Part shown: piece after piece, positions 25,141 to 38,454 of the stretch | Position numbering within the stretch: the stretch's first letter is position 1 | Layout of the letters: every line of letters starts with the position of its first letter | Assembly: GCF_018350175.1 (NCBI RefSeq) | Contig: NC_058373.1 | Coordinates: forward strand, 114,826,001 to 114,890,000 | Direction: 5' to 3' | DNA from: Felis catus | Taxonomy: Eukaryota | DNA: 64,000 bases | Made by a program: the position numbers and the translations under genes | The notes under the pieces: model-generated | What the model saw: only the letters and a program-made list of their open reading frames with translations | What the model was told of the DNA's origin: nothing | The model's database searches: none

Positions 25141-25931
25141 GCTTTTGTTATTATTATCCCTTTGCTTTCTCGGCTTCCCCATGTCATGTCTTCGTTCATT
25201 TAAGATATATTCATTAAGCACCTACTGTGTGTCACCAATTGTGCAGGGTGCCAAGGAATCAAAGGTGAACAAGACATCCTGGCCTGTGTCCTCCAGGTGT
25301 GGGAATAGGTGGTGACAGGGGCCTGGAGAAATGCCAGAGAAGGACATACTAAGAAGGATTCAGCTCAGCCGTGTTGCCGCTCCTGCTTTGGAAAAATGGG
25401 TTCCTGCCTTGGGGTGCTCACTCTTGCCCTGCTGAACGATCTCTGTGGCCTTTTCCTGGGACTAGAATCATCCCGACTTCTCGGAGCTGGCAGGGGCCCT
25501 GGAGACCCCGCACCTCTTTCTTATCTTCCACCCCAAACACCTGCTGTGGTTCCTCCAGGAAGGGGTGCCTGCTCTTCAGCCACAGGGAACAGGGGGCAGA
25601 GTGGCCTCCTTGATGCTAGCAGTGTCGCTGTCCTGTCACCATCCAGCGTCAAGGGGTCCCCGGGCCTGTCACCCTCAGCGAGGACAGGTAAAACACAGCT
25701 GTCTCGGGGATGGGGTGGAGTGGCAGTGCTGTTCTGGCAGGCACAGTGACACACGATGGGCATAACCGAGGGAGGCCCAGCCCTGGCTCGGCTCCTGGGC
25801 GATGGGGAGCTCTGCTTCCACGGCTTACAGTGAACTTGGGCAAATTATGTGTCCGTCCTGTATCTGTTTCCTCAACTGCAAAATGGGGACAGTGAAAGCA
25901 GAGTGCCTCTGCTTGAAGAAGACTGCTTTGA

Positions 25932-26130
25932 GGGGCGCCTGGATGGCTCAGTCGGTTAAGCATCTGACTTTGGCTCAGGTCATGATCTCGTGGTTCGGGA
26001 GTTGGAGCCCTGCATCAGGCTCTGTGCTGACAGCAGGGAGCCTGCTTGGGATTCTCTCTCTCTCTGTCTCCCTCTGCCCCTCTCCCACTTGTGCTGTCTC
26101 CCTCTCTCTCAAAAAAAAAAAAAAAAAAAA
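25932..26130 (+). mobile_element. CAN-SINE
   Basis: ggggcgcctggatggctcagtcggttaag head, poly-A tail. Confidence 0.95.
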
Positions 26131-26317
26131 GATTGATGTGACAATCAGATGGGATTACACATTAAAACCTGTCCTATTGGACTTGGCTTTATTATCACTT
26201 ATTATCCTGCCGTCATTTACTATTGTTGTTATCATTTTTAGGGACATTTAGGTCATACCTACAGCCCATGCCACACAGAAATAGAATGGCTGTCATGTAA
26301 GAAAGATCCCTCATTTC

Positions 26318-26542
26318 TTTTTTTTTTTTTTAATTTTTTTTAACGTTTATTCATTTTTGAGAGACAGAGACAGAGTGTGAGCAGGGGAGGGGCAGAGAGA
26401 GAGGGAGACACAGAATCTGAAGCAGGCTCCAGGCTCTGAGCTGTCAGCACAGAGCCCGACACGAGCCTCAAACTCACGAACCACAAGATCGTGATCTGAG
26501 CCGAAGTTGGATGCTCAACGGACTGAGCCACCTGGGCGCCCC
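26318..26542 (-). mobile_element. CAN-SINE
   Basis: TSD AAGATCCCTCATTT at 26303-26316 and 26543-26556. Confidence 0.95.
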
Positions 26543-27111
26543 AAGATCCCTCATTTTCAAAACAAACCATTTTAATGTATCATCATTTGCATTCCTCTTT
26601 CAGGGGTTCTGTTGTAGTTGCACAGAAAGACCCATCCAGGTTTCCTCAGACACTGGAGACCTGAAGGAAACTGAGGCCTTCCCTCCGGTCCCTCCCTTAG
26701 GGACTATGTTGTCCTTTACACAGAGGGTCTGTGTCTCCTGGGTACACACCCCGTGTTCCTCACTAGCCCTGCCTTCTCTGTACTTCTGCTGGCATGTGGC
26801 TCATGACCATTGTGACTCTAGCCCCAGATGTACCTTAAGCTCCATGTCTTTGCCCAGCCAAGGTAGCCTCAGTTTCCCACCTCCTGAGAGAGACTCTGAG
26901 GGGCCCAGGTCGTCCTGCTAAATCTGGCCACAGAGGTTAAAGGTCACTAGGTAACACCCAGATGGACTGCATTTGAGTCAGGTGCCCACCCTGGGCAAAT
27001 GGTGTCATCAAAGAGCTCAGATTCCCAGGGCACAGAACACACAGATTAAGGCAGTAGGGGATATGGGGATGGAGTGGAGAGAAGGCAGAGTCCTTTAGGA
27101 AGGGGTGGACA

Positions 27112-27323
27112 GGGGTGCCTGGGTGGCTCAGTTGGTTAAGCATCCAGCTTCGGCTCAGGTCATGATGTCATGGTTCGTGAGTTCGAGCCCTGCGTTGGGC
27201 TCTGTGCTCTCAGTTCAGAGCCTGGAGCGTGCTTCAGATTCTGTGTCTCGCTCTCTCTCTGCCCCTTCCCCACTCACGCTCTGTCTCTCGAAAAATGAAT
27301 AAATGTCAAAAAAAATTTTTTTT
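27112..27323 (+). mobile_element. CAN-SINE
   Basis: TSD AAGGGG(G)TGGACA on both sides. Confidence 0.95.
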
Positions 27324-27720
27324 AAGGGGGTGGACAAAGGAACTCTCTGGAGTGATACAGATGTTCTGTTTCTTGGTAAAGATGTGAATTACACAGGTGT
27401 ATGCATTTATCAAAATTCACTTAAAGCTATTCTTAAGATTTTACATCCACACACACACACACAACCTTACACAAATGTGAACTCTAGCGAATGATAGGCG
27501 TGCTGGAAGTATTTAGGACTGAAATATACTGAAGTGTACAGCTTCCTTTGAATTCACCAAACCATGAAGATGGACTGATTGACAGATGAAAGGCTGGACG
27601 GAAGGACAGATATATGATGAAGCTAATCTAGCAAAATGCTGATGGTGGAAACCAGTTGGTGGGTGTGTGAGTGTTCACTATACAATTTTTTCAGCTTTTC
27701 GGAACGTTTAAAAAATTTTT

Positions 27721-27768
27721 TTAATGTTTATTTATTTTGAGAGAGAGAGAAAGCACGAGCAGGGAAGG

Positions 27769-27814
<46 letters not shown>

Positions 27815-27953
27815 CTCAAGCAGGTTCTACACTGTCAGCACAGACAGTGTAGGAACTCACTGAACCAGGGCAGGAACTCACGAACCATGAGATCATGGCC
27901 TGAAATGAAGTCAAGAGTTGGACGCTTAACTGAATGAACCACCCAGGTGCCCC
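27721..27953 (-). mobile_element. CAN-SINE with expanded (GA)n
   Basis: Antisense body; flanks ACGT(T/C)TAAAAA. Confidence 0.9.
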
Positions 27954-27990
27954 ACGTCTAAAAATTTTTATGATGAACTGTAGAGTCTTA

Positions 27991-28213
27991 TTTCTTTTAT
28001 TTATTTATTAAACGTTTATTTATTTTTGAGACAGAGAGAGACAGAGCATGAACAGGGGAGGGGCAGAGAGAGAGGGAGACACAGAATCAGCAGCAGGCTC
28101 CAGGCTCTGAGCCATCAGCCCAGAGCCCGACGCGGGGCTCGAACTCACGGACCGCGAGACCGTGACCTGAGCTGAAGTCAGACGCTTAACCGACTGAGTC
28201 ACCCAGGCACCCC
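27991..28213 (-). mobile_element. CAN-SINE (young)
   Basis: Near-consensus antisense body. Confidence 0.95.
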
Positions 28214-28397
28214 ATTATTTATTTATTTTAGAGAGAGAGAGAGAAAGAGAGCATGAGTGGGGGAGAGGGAGAAAGAGAGAATCTTTAAGCAGGCTCCGCA
28301 CTCAGCAACGCGGAGCCTGGCTCGATCCCGGGATGCTGGGATCGTGTCCTGAAATCAAGAGTCAGACACTGAACCGACTGAGCCACCCAGGCGCCCC
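28214..28397 (-). mobile_element. CAN-SINE (older type), abutting the previous copy
   Basis: gaaatcaagagtcagacactgaaccgactgagccacccaggcgcccc. Confidence 0.9.
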
Positions 28398-31300
28398 AGA
28401 TGTAAAAGCTTTAATAGAGAAAGGAAAGGAGCATGAGCAACCAGGCCCTGCCTGGCATCTCAACACAATTTGCTCCTCCTCCAGGGCCCTTGTGCCCCAG
28501 GCCTGCTACAGAAGGCTCAGCATCACTTAACCAGCACCTCACTCCTGTCAGAAGCTGAGAGGAGTTGCTAATTGAGAGAGTCCCTAGGACATGTGTGAGT
28601 CACCCACCACTCCCGGTTTTCCAGACCAGGCCCACATCAAGCCAAGTCCCTGGAAAGGGACATCCCTGGAGGTGATTGGGGATCTTGCTCCCTGTTGGCA
28701 TTACAGCTCTGTGCCACACCCTCAGTTTTACGGTGAGCATCTTTTGTGCCATCACTGTTGACATCATCGCCGTATTTCCATTGTGTGAGAGTCCCCGAGA
28801 TAAAATCCTCCCTGTCTCCAGGGCCTCCGGTCTGGTTACTTTTGGAGGCCCAGCGCAGTGAGCTCTCCCAGCTGCTCAGTAAATGTTTACTGGTTACATG
28901 CAAGGATGGGTAAATGGTAGAATTCAGTGCAGGAAAGAGGCGTCTCTCTGCTGACTGATGGGTAAGCTTTCTTTTAGCAAACAGTGACGACTAAGCAGCT
29001 CCTAGTGCTTCCCTTTTGGTGTGGCTAGAAATTCAATACAATGACAGCTGTTCTGGTGGCCTGGGGTCCGTCACTGGGAGTGGGAGGGCTACCCACTCCC
29101 TCCCTCAGCGACTGTGGATTTTTTGCGTTCCTATGTCAAATGCTGCAGGGAATACGTAATAAATGAATAAGTCCAGTTCTTTCATTTTGCTGTTGAGGAA
29201 AATGATGCAGAGAGGTTAAGTGACTTGCCCTAAGGCAAACAGCAATCTGCTGCGCAGCACAGCCAACACAGACCCCCTTCTCCTGCCTCCACAGTTCTTT
29301 CTCCTGGACCTTGCCTCTTGTGCTCGGGTCTGAGGCGAAGCCACAGCTTGGAAATGATGCGACTGCCTCTGAGCGAGAGGTGCTAACCAAATCTCCTAAC
29401 TGCAGGGCCCAAATCCAGTAGAAAAGTCTCCACTTAATCCTTGCCTGGGTATTGAGTAAATAATTCTGAGGACTCAGACAAAGCCCTCCGTAGTACGCGG
29501 AGCTCTGAATTGTCCCTGAAGCTTCCTGAGTCCTGAAAGACTCTGGTGCTAAGAAACCAAAATGTTTCTTGGAATTAGTGACCCTGCGAGTCCAAAGCAA
29601 ACTAGCCAAAGTATCTGCCACTGCCCCTCCCCAGTCCTGGCACCCTGTTTTCCAGCAGGGACTGGAAGAAGGGTCAGTAGGAGGATCTGAGGGAATGACC
29701 TGGAAGGCCACCTAGTGATGTGATTTACAGGGGAGGAAACGAAGAGGGTCCCCTGTTTAAAGTCACACAGCTTGTTTGGGTAGACGAGGGCTGGGATCCA
29801 GGCCTCCCAGCCTGTGGCCACAACTCTTCCCACTACACCAGGCTGCCTCTTTAGAAAGCCATGGGACAGTTGTTCTGCATTAGGCCAAACCAGAAGGCAG
29901 TTGGAACGGGCTGACAGCCAGCTGCAGAGAAACCTCTGAGGCAATTGCTGGTGAACGGATTCAGCAGAGATGCTACCAAACCCAACCCACACTAACATGT
30001 CAGGCCCTCGAGACCGTGGCATCCTGCCAGTAACCCTGGCACCAGAGTGTCCCCAAGGCCCCAGCAGGGCCAGCGGCACTGCCTCCATTACTTCTGCATT
30101 TAATGAACTCCTAGCCTGGCCCAGTGAGTGTGGCCCCAGGAGTTACCCAGACATGATGGGATTCGTAGGCCTTTCACAGGCTACATCCTCCGGGACCGGA
30201 AGTTTCCAGTGGGTTTCCACCAACACAGAACTTATGGATTGGAAGACAGTCAGTCTCTACAGCATCAGAAACTTAAAAACTCATCCCAGGGTCTGGGAAA
30301 GTCAACACCTAGAGAGTGAAAGAATGCATGGGTGACCCAGGCTCGTGGCTGGGTCTGATGTTGACGTGGGCTTTCTTCTTGGCCAGTGGACAGGGGTCTT
30401 TAATTACTTTTCCTTTGGGGCCTCTGAGGGATGCTGAGGTGCTGGAGGCCTTGGAGAGGCTGAGAGTGTCTGAGCCCGTGTGGAAGTCATTGCTTTGATG
30501 GGAGCGCCGTTTTGGAGTCTCTGGTGGTAAGCGTGACAGACTTAAGTCATGGGGGATGTATTGCTAGGATACGTGGAAGGCTGGGAACCAGCCATTGCAG
30601 GTGGTCAAAACCTCTGAAGGCTTCACCCTGCTAGAAGACTCACACTACAATTATATCGTTGTGGGGCTTATGTCCTGTGGTTACCCTTTGGCAGGAAGAA
30701 GTGGGATGTCTCCAAAAGAGCCTGCAAGGACCCCTTGGGTTTCCGTGGTGATGTTGGAGAGGGGAGGGGAAAAGACCCTTGGATTTACCCTCCCGGTGAG
30801 GTTGCCCTCAGAGACAAGAAGCAATTTCTTACAAGGAAACCAGAGACCTCTTCAAAAGGGGAAGTGGATACTGGCCTCCCCAAACAGAGACTGTCTTCCA
30901 CGCCCAGTGTAGAAATTGTTCTGAGCTATTTTTGTGAATTAACTCAATTGACCATATGCTTTGTTGGCCAGTGTCAATGATGTAATATGTCGCATTCTTA
31001 AAAGTGAGAGACGTGCCACAGTGCTAATTATTGTTGCATGCACATACGTGCATCTTTATTGTCAGAACTCACAGCTGCAGGTGCTCTCAAGTTCATGCTT
31101 TGACCCACCCCATCTCGCTCGATCTTTGCAAGGTTCTTGGGAGGCAGCTGTTTTATTGTACCCAGTCCCCCCAGGAGAAGGATGCTTTGCCTCAGGAAAC
31201 CAACATTTTGGATGGCCTTGCAGGCAAACAGGAAGGTGGGGGAAGAGGAAACTGTCCCAGGACATCAGCAAGGAACCCAGGCGGCCTGTGCCGGGATCAG

Positions 31301-32192
31301 CTCGGCAGGGGTGGACTCCACAAGCATCTGTCTTTGGTGCCTCCCCAGAGGAGCTAAGACAAAACATGAGCGTGGACTTTTTTCCTTTTGGTTTCACTGT
31401 GGATGATTTGAAACTGACAGAAGCGAATAAAAAGGTTACAAAAAGAGTAAGGTTCTCATTGACCCCAAGATGCTATGGTGGAAAGTGACTGAAAGAGTCA
31501 CATCAAGAATGTGATTCCTGAGAGCACCTTCCAGCACTCAGACCTGCTGAGGAAAATTCCCTGTGCACTGCACCTCTGGGCTGGGGAACAAAACAGCAGC
31601 CCAAATGGTAATGGTCTCAGAAAATTACCAGCCCTTGGACATGAGGGTGGGGAATGGAAATGCTATTTCAGCCCTGTCTGGAAAGAATTAAACGCCAACC
31701 CCCCCCCCCATCTCAGTTCCATTATTGATGACAGTTAAATGGGGTCAGAGGAAGCAAGCGTCACGTGGGAAGGCTTCCCAAAGCCTTCCCAGGACACAGG
31801 GAGCTCCCTGGCCACCTATGATTCTCAGAGGAGGTGGGGACTACAACCCACAGGGCAGGAGAGGCTGTTGGAGGTCTTCCAGACCCACTGGGGCTCGGTG
31901 ACCCTCTTCTCATGTTTAAATTCTCAACTTCAATGCTCTTTCCCTTACGGTTAAGGGATAAGGGAGATTCTTTTTGGAAGGACGGGCTTTTGGTTTTTTC
32001 GTTACACTTAATATTTTCTAATTTTACATAGAAATGTTTGAAGTTTGTCTCCAAAGACTCACGGGGGACTCAACTCTAACTGGCCCACGTTTCTACACCA
32101 GGTGACTCCAGGTAGATCAGCCACACAGACAGCTGGGTTGGCACAGATATAGCTTGGTGGGACTACGGCCTGATCTACCTGGCCTGTTCTTT

Positions 32193-32225
32193 TTATTTAT
32201 TTATTTTTAGTTTTTTAATGTTTGT

Positions 32226-32264
<39 letters not shown>

Positions 32265-32500
32265 TTTTTGAGAGAGACAGAGACAGAGACAGAGAGAGGG
32301 AGACAGAGCGTGAGTAGGAGAAGGGCAGAGAAAGACAGAGACACAGAATCCGAAACAGGCTCCAGGCTCTGAGCTGTCAGCACAGAGCCTGAAGCGGGGC
32401 TCGAGCACAGAGCCTGAAGCGGGGCTCGAACTCATGAACCGTGAGATCATGACCTGAGCCAAAGTCAGGTGCTTAACTGACTGAGCCACCCAGGCGCCCC
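32193..32500 (-). mobile_element. CAN-SINE with (ATTT)n tail and an internal 25-bp duplication
   Basis: TSD ACCTG(G/T)CCTGTTCTTT; duplication at 32379-32428. Confidence 0.95.
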
Positions 32501-33069
32501 ACACCTGTCCTGTTCTTTATGGCCAGGGCAGTGGAAGGGACCGCTCTTTCCACAGGCATGTACCAAGCCCGGACCTTGACCCTAGCCTGCCAGGCCTGTG
32601 TTTGCTGACTGCTGGGGCCAAACCCTGGCCCCTGCCAAGAAGGCCCAGAATGGTGTGGGACAGGAGCTTGATGCTCTGGGTTTCGGGCTCTCTTCACTAG
32701 CTGTGGAGCTCCTCTTGAATCTCTCCATTTTTAAATCCGTAAAATCACTATATGATAATACACAAAGGCTTATCAAATGAGACAGTCACATGAAGTTACT
32801 TTACAAACTGGCCGGTGCCATAAAAGCATAAGGAACCACAGTCGTTACTGTAGTGGGTTCCCCAAGGCCGGCAGTGGGCATGACGCCACAGGCACTGCTA
32901 CCTAGGGAAGGTTCAGTTCGGATGTCCCTCCTAGGCACAGAGCGGGTGGTGTCCCGATGGGTTCCTCTTTTAGGCAGGAACCCCGGGGGGGGGTGGTGGT
33001 GGAAGGGGACCTGTTGGTGGCTTTGTCTCAGCCTCTGCACTAGCTTCATAACAGCTGCCGTTTGTGGAG

Positions 33070-33260
33070 CATTCAATCTGTGCCCAGCACCGTGCTAAGC
33101 ATTTTACACACACAATGTCATTTTCTTCTCCCAACATCCCTGTGCGGTAGGTAGCGGGGCGCCGAGCGGTTAAGTAACTTGCCCAAGGCTACACAGCTAG
33201 TCAGGGACAGAGCTGGGACTCCCTACCATGTTGTCTCCTTCTTAAGTTAGTGCTCTTAGC
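33070..33260 (-). mobile_element. MIR
   Basis: tgtgcccagcaccgtgctaagcattttaca...ggttaagtaacttgcccaaggctacacagctagt. Confidence 0.75.
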
Positions 33261-33827
33261 CTGTGTGCCAGGTTACCTCTGTATTTCCCACGATGACCTC
33301 TGTCCTGGGACGGAGGGGAAAAGGTGGGTCAGCTGCTTGATGGTGTTGCGGGTGCTGGGCCCTGCTCCTCCTGGGAGAAGAGACGAAAGCCAAGGCATGT
33401 GGGGTGGGGAGTGGGAGCACCATCCCCGAGCCCCGGGGGAGCATATCTGACTCCTCCTCGTTCATCCCCTAAAGACACCAAGGCGGGGCCCCCTCCACAC
33501 CTTCGCTGGTCTTGTGGCCCACAAGATGTCCTTTATGCCTAACCCTCCCAGGCTCCTGCCCCCGCCTGGACCCAGTCACACTCTCTCTGCTCTCTGGGGA
33601 GGTGGAGAATTACTCCATCCCACCCATAACAAGATTTCTTTTTCCAAACTCACAGATCTACTTCAATCCCTCTCATCCTTTGTCCTTACTGTCTAGACGC
33701 CAGCTTCCCCTCACCTGTTTGGTTGGCAGGCACCCTGTGGGGAGGCTGACAGATGCCTCCTGGGGACAACAACGGCTGCAGTTCCTAGGCCCCTCCAGCC
33801 TGAGGACAGGGTTGGCCCACTGGGCGG

Positions 33828-33870
33828 CCTTGACCCAATGTGGAGAGTCCTTGACCCAATGTGGAGAGTC
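33828..33870. repeat. 21-bp tandem duplication
   Basis: CCTTGACCCAATGTGGAGAGT twice, identical. Confidence 0.9.
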
Positions 33871-33989
33871 GGATCCCAGCGCTGGGAGGCGTAAGTGGGT
33901 AATCTTCCTTTACGAAGAGCAATGCTTTCCTAACAATCTGCAAGAGAAATGTACCTGCAGGTGACAAGAAATTTAGAAGACATCCCCTC

Positions 33990-34230
33990 CATTCGTTAAG
34001 CACTAAGTACACACTACGAACCTCTGTTGATCCCTGTACACGTATTGTAGTCCTCACAACCCCCAAGCTGGTACTTTTTTTCCCTAACCCGTTCTACAGA
34101 TGAGGAAGCTGAGACAACAGAAGTTAAGTGTCTTGTCACGGGTCAGATGGCTAATCAGTAGAGGAGCCAGGATCAAACCCCATTCTGTCTTGCCCCAAAG
34201 TCTCCGCTCTAAACTCGCCAGCACACTGTT
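33990..34230 (-). mobile_element. MIR
   Basis: tctacagatgaggaagctgagacaacagaagttaagtg...aggagccaggatcaaaccc. Confidence 0.7.
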
Positions 34231-34579
34231 CCACTGCCTTGCAGAGAAACAGACACTGAGGCACACAAGAGGGATTGCACTGACTCCTTTCTGCTGTCTC
34301 CACCCCTTTAATGTCTAAACCAGATAGTAAAAGGATTTCTTTATGGCTACTCTGTAGGGTGTAGCACTTTCCTTTCAGACAGACTATTTCTTAAACAGGG
34401 TTGGCTGTTTACTGCATAAACATTTCAAAATACAACTGGACAACCCCAAGCCATTTGAATCAATTAGACAGTGGTTTCTTCCTTGGCCAGCATTTATTGA
34501 GTACTTACTTTAGATCAAGCATTCTGTGTTATTTTTATTTAGTTCTCATACTAACCTGAGTTAGGTGGTGGTGTTGTGA

Positions 34580-35030
34580 GTTCAGTACGTGGTTAAGCAC
34601 CTTGCCCTTAAAATCAGGCTACCTGCCCCGCTGTTTGCTAATCATATGACCTGTGTGACCATGGGCAAGTCACTTAACCTCTGTGTGCCCAGTTTCCTCG
34701 TTTGTTTTTTTTTAATCTTTTTTTTTTTTTTATCGTTTATTTACTTTCAAGATAGAGACAGAGTGTGAGTGAGGGAGGGGCAGAGAGAGAGGGAGACACA
34801 GAATCTGAAGCAGGCTCCAGGCTCTGAGCTGTCAGCACAGAGCCCGACACGGGACTTGAACTCACAGACCGTGAGATCATGAGCTGAAGTCTGACGCTTA
34901 ACCGACTGAGCCACCCAGGTGCTCCCAGTTTCCTCATTTGTAAAATGGTCACCACAGGAGAGTTGTAAGGCTTAAATGGGTTAACAATGTAAAGCACTTG
35001 GAAGAGTGCCTGGCATTCTAGTAAGCCTCG
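34580..35030 (+). mobile_element. MIR, split by a CAN-SINE
   Basis: tgtgtgaccatgggcaagtcacttaacctctgtgtgcccagtttcctc | atttgtaaaatgg...gtaaagcacttggaagagtgcctggca. Confidence 0.8.
34706..34924 (-). mobile_element. CAN-SINE
   Basis: TSD CCAGTTTCCTC(G/A)TTTGT within the MIR. Confidence 0.95.
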
Positions 35031-35214
35031 GTTACTGCAGACCATTTTACAGATGAGGACGTTGGAAGGCAAGTAGTTTGCCTAGCTAAACTGGAAGAGC
35101 TGACATTTTAATCCAATGAGTCTGATGCCAGGACCCATACACTTAACCACTACCACCTCTTAGCGGCCCCAATTCCTTTCCTTTAAACACACACACACAC
35201 ACACGCACTTTACT

Positions 35215-35576
35215 GGGGCACCTTGTTAGCTCAGTAAGTAGAGCATGCAACTGTTTTTTGTTTTTTAATGTTTTATTTATTTTTGAGAGAGAGAGAGAGA
35301 GAGAGAAAGAGACAGACTGTGAGTAGGGGAGGGGCAGAGAGAGGGAGACACAGAATCCGAAGTGAGCTCCAGGCTCTGAGCTATCAGCGGGGCTTGAACT
35401 CATGAACGGTGAGATCAGACCTGAGCCAAAGTCGGACGCTTAACTGACTGAGCCACCCAGGCGCCCCTAGAGTGTGCAACTCTTGATCTTGGGGTTGAGA
35501 GTTTGAGTCCCATGTTAGATGCAGAGATTGCTTAAAAATAAAATATTCAAAAAAAATTCTTTTTAATTCCAAAACC
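35215..35576 (+). mobile_element. Short tRNA-derived carnivore SINE hosting a nested SINE
   Basis: Head at 35215-35252, resumes at 35468; outer TSD CACTTTACTG. Confidence 0.75.
35253..35467 (-). mobile_element. CAN-SINE nested in the older SINE
   Basis: TSD TAGAG(CA/TG)TGCAACT at 35239-35252 and 35468-35481. Confidence 0.95.
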
Positions 35577-36734
35577 CACTTTACTGAGGTATAATTTGCA
35601 TACCATAAAATTGACTCACTTAAAGTATATTTCAATGACTTTTACTAAATTTATAGAGTTGTGCAGCCATCACTATAATCAAGTTTAGTACATTTGTATG
35701 ATCCCCCAAAAGATCCCTCCTGCCTATTTGCAGTCCCAGCCCCACCCTAGACTGGGGCAACCACTAATCTACTCTTTGTCTCTATGGGTTTGCCTCATTT
35801 GGGCATTGCATATAAATGGAATCCTCCAACAGGTGGTCATGTGTCTGGCTTCTTTCGCTTCCCAGGATGCTTTTGAGATGCTTTCACATAGCAGTTGATA
35901 TTAGTAGTTTGTTTCTTTTTATTGATGAGTAGTATTTCATAGTATGGATAGACCATATTTTGTTTATTCGTTCTCTGGCTGATGGACATTTAGATTAATT
36001 CTACCTTTTAACTATTACGAAAACCTTTTAAAGTTTAATAATTTATTGTGAAAAATGTCAACCATGCAGTGAGCCACCACAGACCCATCAACCAGCTTCA
36101 ATAGGAGCATTAACATCCGCCATTATTCTTTCATCTAGACCCTTCTCAGACACCCTATCATCTCAGTCAGTCTTTGACTTCTTCCTTTAGGCAAATGAGT
36201 TTTTATTTAATTTTGAATAGGTAATGTATTCATAAGATTTGAAGAGTATAAAAGATATACAGTGAAAAGTTTCACTCTGGAAACTTCTATCCCCCATCTG
36301 CTCAGTTTTCACTCAGTGCCTTCCAACTACTGTTATTTTCATATATTTTACCAGAAGGCATATATAAGAAGATATGAATATATAGTCTTTGCCCACTTTT
36401 CACACGAAAGGTAGCATATATTATTTATACTGTTTTGCACCTTGATTTTGTTCACTTAATAATATAGTTTAGAAGTCTTTTCATATCAGAAGATAATTTC
36501 CTTACCCTTTTAAAAAAAAATTTTTTTTTAACATTTATTTATTTTTGAGACAGAGAGAGACAGAGCATGAACGGGGGAGGGGCAGAGAGAGAGGGAGACA
36601 CAGAATCGGAAGCAGGCTCCAGGCTCTGAGCCATCAGCCCAGAGCCCGACGCAGGGCTCGAACTCACGGATCGCGAGATCGTGACCTGAGCTGAAGTCGG
36701 ACACTTAACCGACTGCGCCACCCAGGCGCCCGTT

Positions 36735-36771
<37 letters not shown>

Positions 36772-37110
36772 GCTTCTGTTATTCCATGGTGTAGAGGTAC
36801 CTTAACTTATTCAGCCTGCCACCCACTCTGGACATTTGGGCTGTTTCTGGTCGTCTACAGCCAATGCCATGGTTCTTAAACTTGTATCTACATCATTTCT
36901 CACTTATACCAGCACGTCTGTAAGATAAATTTCCTAAGAAGGAGTTGCCGGGTCAGAACATATGCATTCATAGCATTTGTAATTTTCATTGATTTGCCCT
37001 CATTGGCAACGGTACCAAGTTACACCCACACCAGCAATATGTGCAAGCACTTGAGTCTCCATTTTCTCGCCAACAGTTAAGACTTTTTAACTTTTGCATA
37101 ATAGTCCAGA
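35577..37110 (-). mobile_element. Old L1 (L1M-type) fragments
   Basis: ttactgaggtataatttgcatacc...ggcaaccactaatctactctttgtctctatgg...gatggacatttag; AT-rich composite. Confidence 0.7.
36521..36731 (-). mobile_element. CAN-SINE (young)
   Basis: Near-consensus body, followed by a T33 tract at 36736-36768. Confidence 0.95.
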
Positions 37111-37491
37111 TCTCGCCTCATTTTCTCTCCCTCTTTCTTTCTTTCTCTTCTTATTTCGCTTTAGTGTATACATTTTTATGTTCAGAGTCTTTGGGTTATT
37201 CCCTGCCCACCTTGAGTCATTTTTTAAAGCATTTTTGTAAACAGCTCTTTGGTGACGTAATTCACATACCATCCAATTTACCCGCTTAAAGTACACCCTT
37301 CCATGGTTTAGTCTGTAGCTCATTTTTAATGCTCATCTCTAACCTTTTAAAACAGTGTTTTTTCTAATACAGAAGCCATACCTGTTTAGTTCAGAAAACT
37401 TGGAAAAAACAGAAAGCCCCAAGAAAAATAACATAGTGCCATCACCCAAAGGTATCCATTGTTAACATTTCTTTTTAAACAAAAATGGTAT

Positions 37492-37660
37492 GGGGAGTCT
37501 GGGTGGCTCAGTCGGTTAAGCGGCCCAGGATCTCACGGTTTGTGGGTGTGGGGCTCACGACGGCTCTGCCCTGACGGTGCGGAGCCTGCTTGGGATTCTC
37601 TCTCTCTCTGCCCCTCCCCCACTCACGCTCTCTCTCCCGAAATAAATACGTTTTAAAAAC
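37492..37660 (+). mobile_element. CAN-SINE with internal deletions
   Basis: TSD AAACAAAAATGG. Confidence 0.85.
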
Positions 37661-37809
37661 TTTAAACAAAAATGGGACCTAACGTGTACGCTCTGCCAAG
37701 GTTTGCTTTTGTCTTTCTCAGTTCCTTTATGTCTCTCGCTCTGGTCCTCGACCTCTAGGGCTGCAAATCAGCATAATTACCATCGTGATGATAACAATTG
37801 CAACACTGG

Positions 37810-38065
37810 TGAGAATACGCCCCGCTCACGGTGAACTTGCTGGGGGCCAGTGGCTGTGTGCTGCGCACTTTATGCGCTCGATCTCAACCAACCGGTGAAA
37901 TCATTTAGCAACCTTGGTACTACGCTCACCCCATTTTACCGCTGAAGAAACGGAGGCTCAGAGAGGTTAAGTAAGCTGCCTGATGTTAAACAGGTAGCAA
38001 GTGAAAGGAGCTAAGGCTTGAATTCTCATCCGTGTGACTTCAGAAGTCCTGGCCACTAAACTATA
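37810..38065 (-). mobile_element. MIR
   Basis: ccccattttaccgctgaagaaacggaggctcagagaggttaagtaa. Confidence 0.8.
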
Positions 38066-38110
38066 CGTCATACGAAAGACACTCAGGACTGGTTCAAAGA
38101 AACCAGCCCC

Positions 38111-38346
38111 GGGGCGCCTGGATGGCTCAGTTGGTTAAGCGTCCGACTTCAGCTCAGGTCACGATCTCACAGTCTGTGAGTTCGAGCCCCGCGTCGGGCT
38201 CTGGGCTGACAGCTCAGAGCCTGGAGCCTGCTTCAGATTCTGTGTCTCCCTCTCTCTCTGCCCCTTCCCCGCTCATGCTCTGTCTCTCTCTGTCTCAAAA
38301 ATAAATAAAAACATTTTAAAAAATTAAAAAAAAAACAAAAAAAAAA
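38111..38346 (+). mobile_element. CAN-SINE
   Basis: 16-bp TSD CAAAGAAACCAGCCCC at 38095-38110 and 38347-38362. Confidence 0.95.
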
Positions 38347-38383
38347 CAAAGAAACCAGCCCCTCTCTCAGGAAGAGAGAGGCC

Positions 38384-38454
38384 TCCAAGTGACCAGATGC
38401 CATCCTTAATTCCTGGTCCTCATCTTTCTCTTCTATCAGCCGCTTTTGACACTG
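38384..38454 (+). repeat. 71-bp dispersed copy of 39492-39562
   Basis: 67/71 identical, same orientation, about 1.1 kb apart. Confidence 0.9.
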
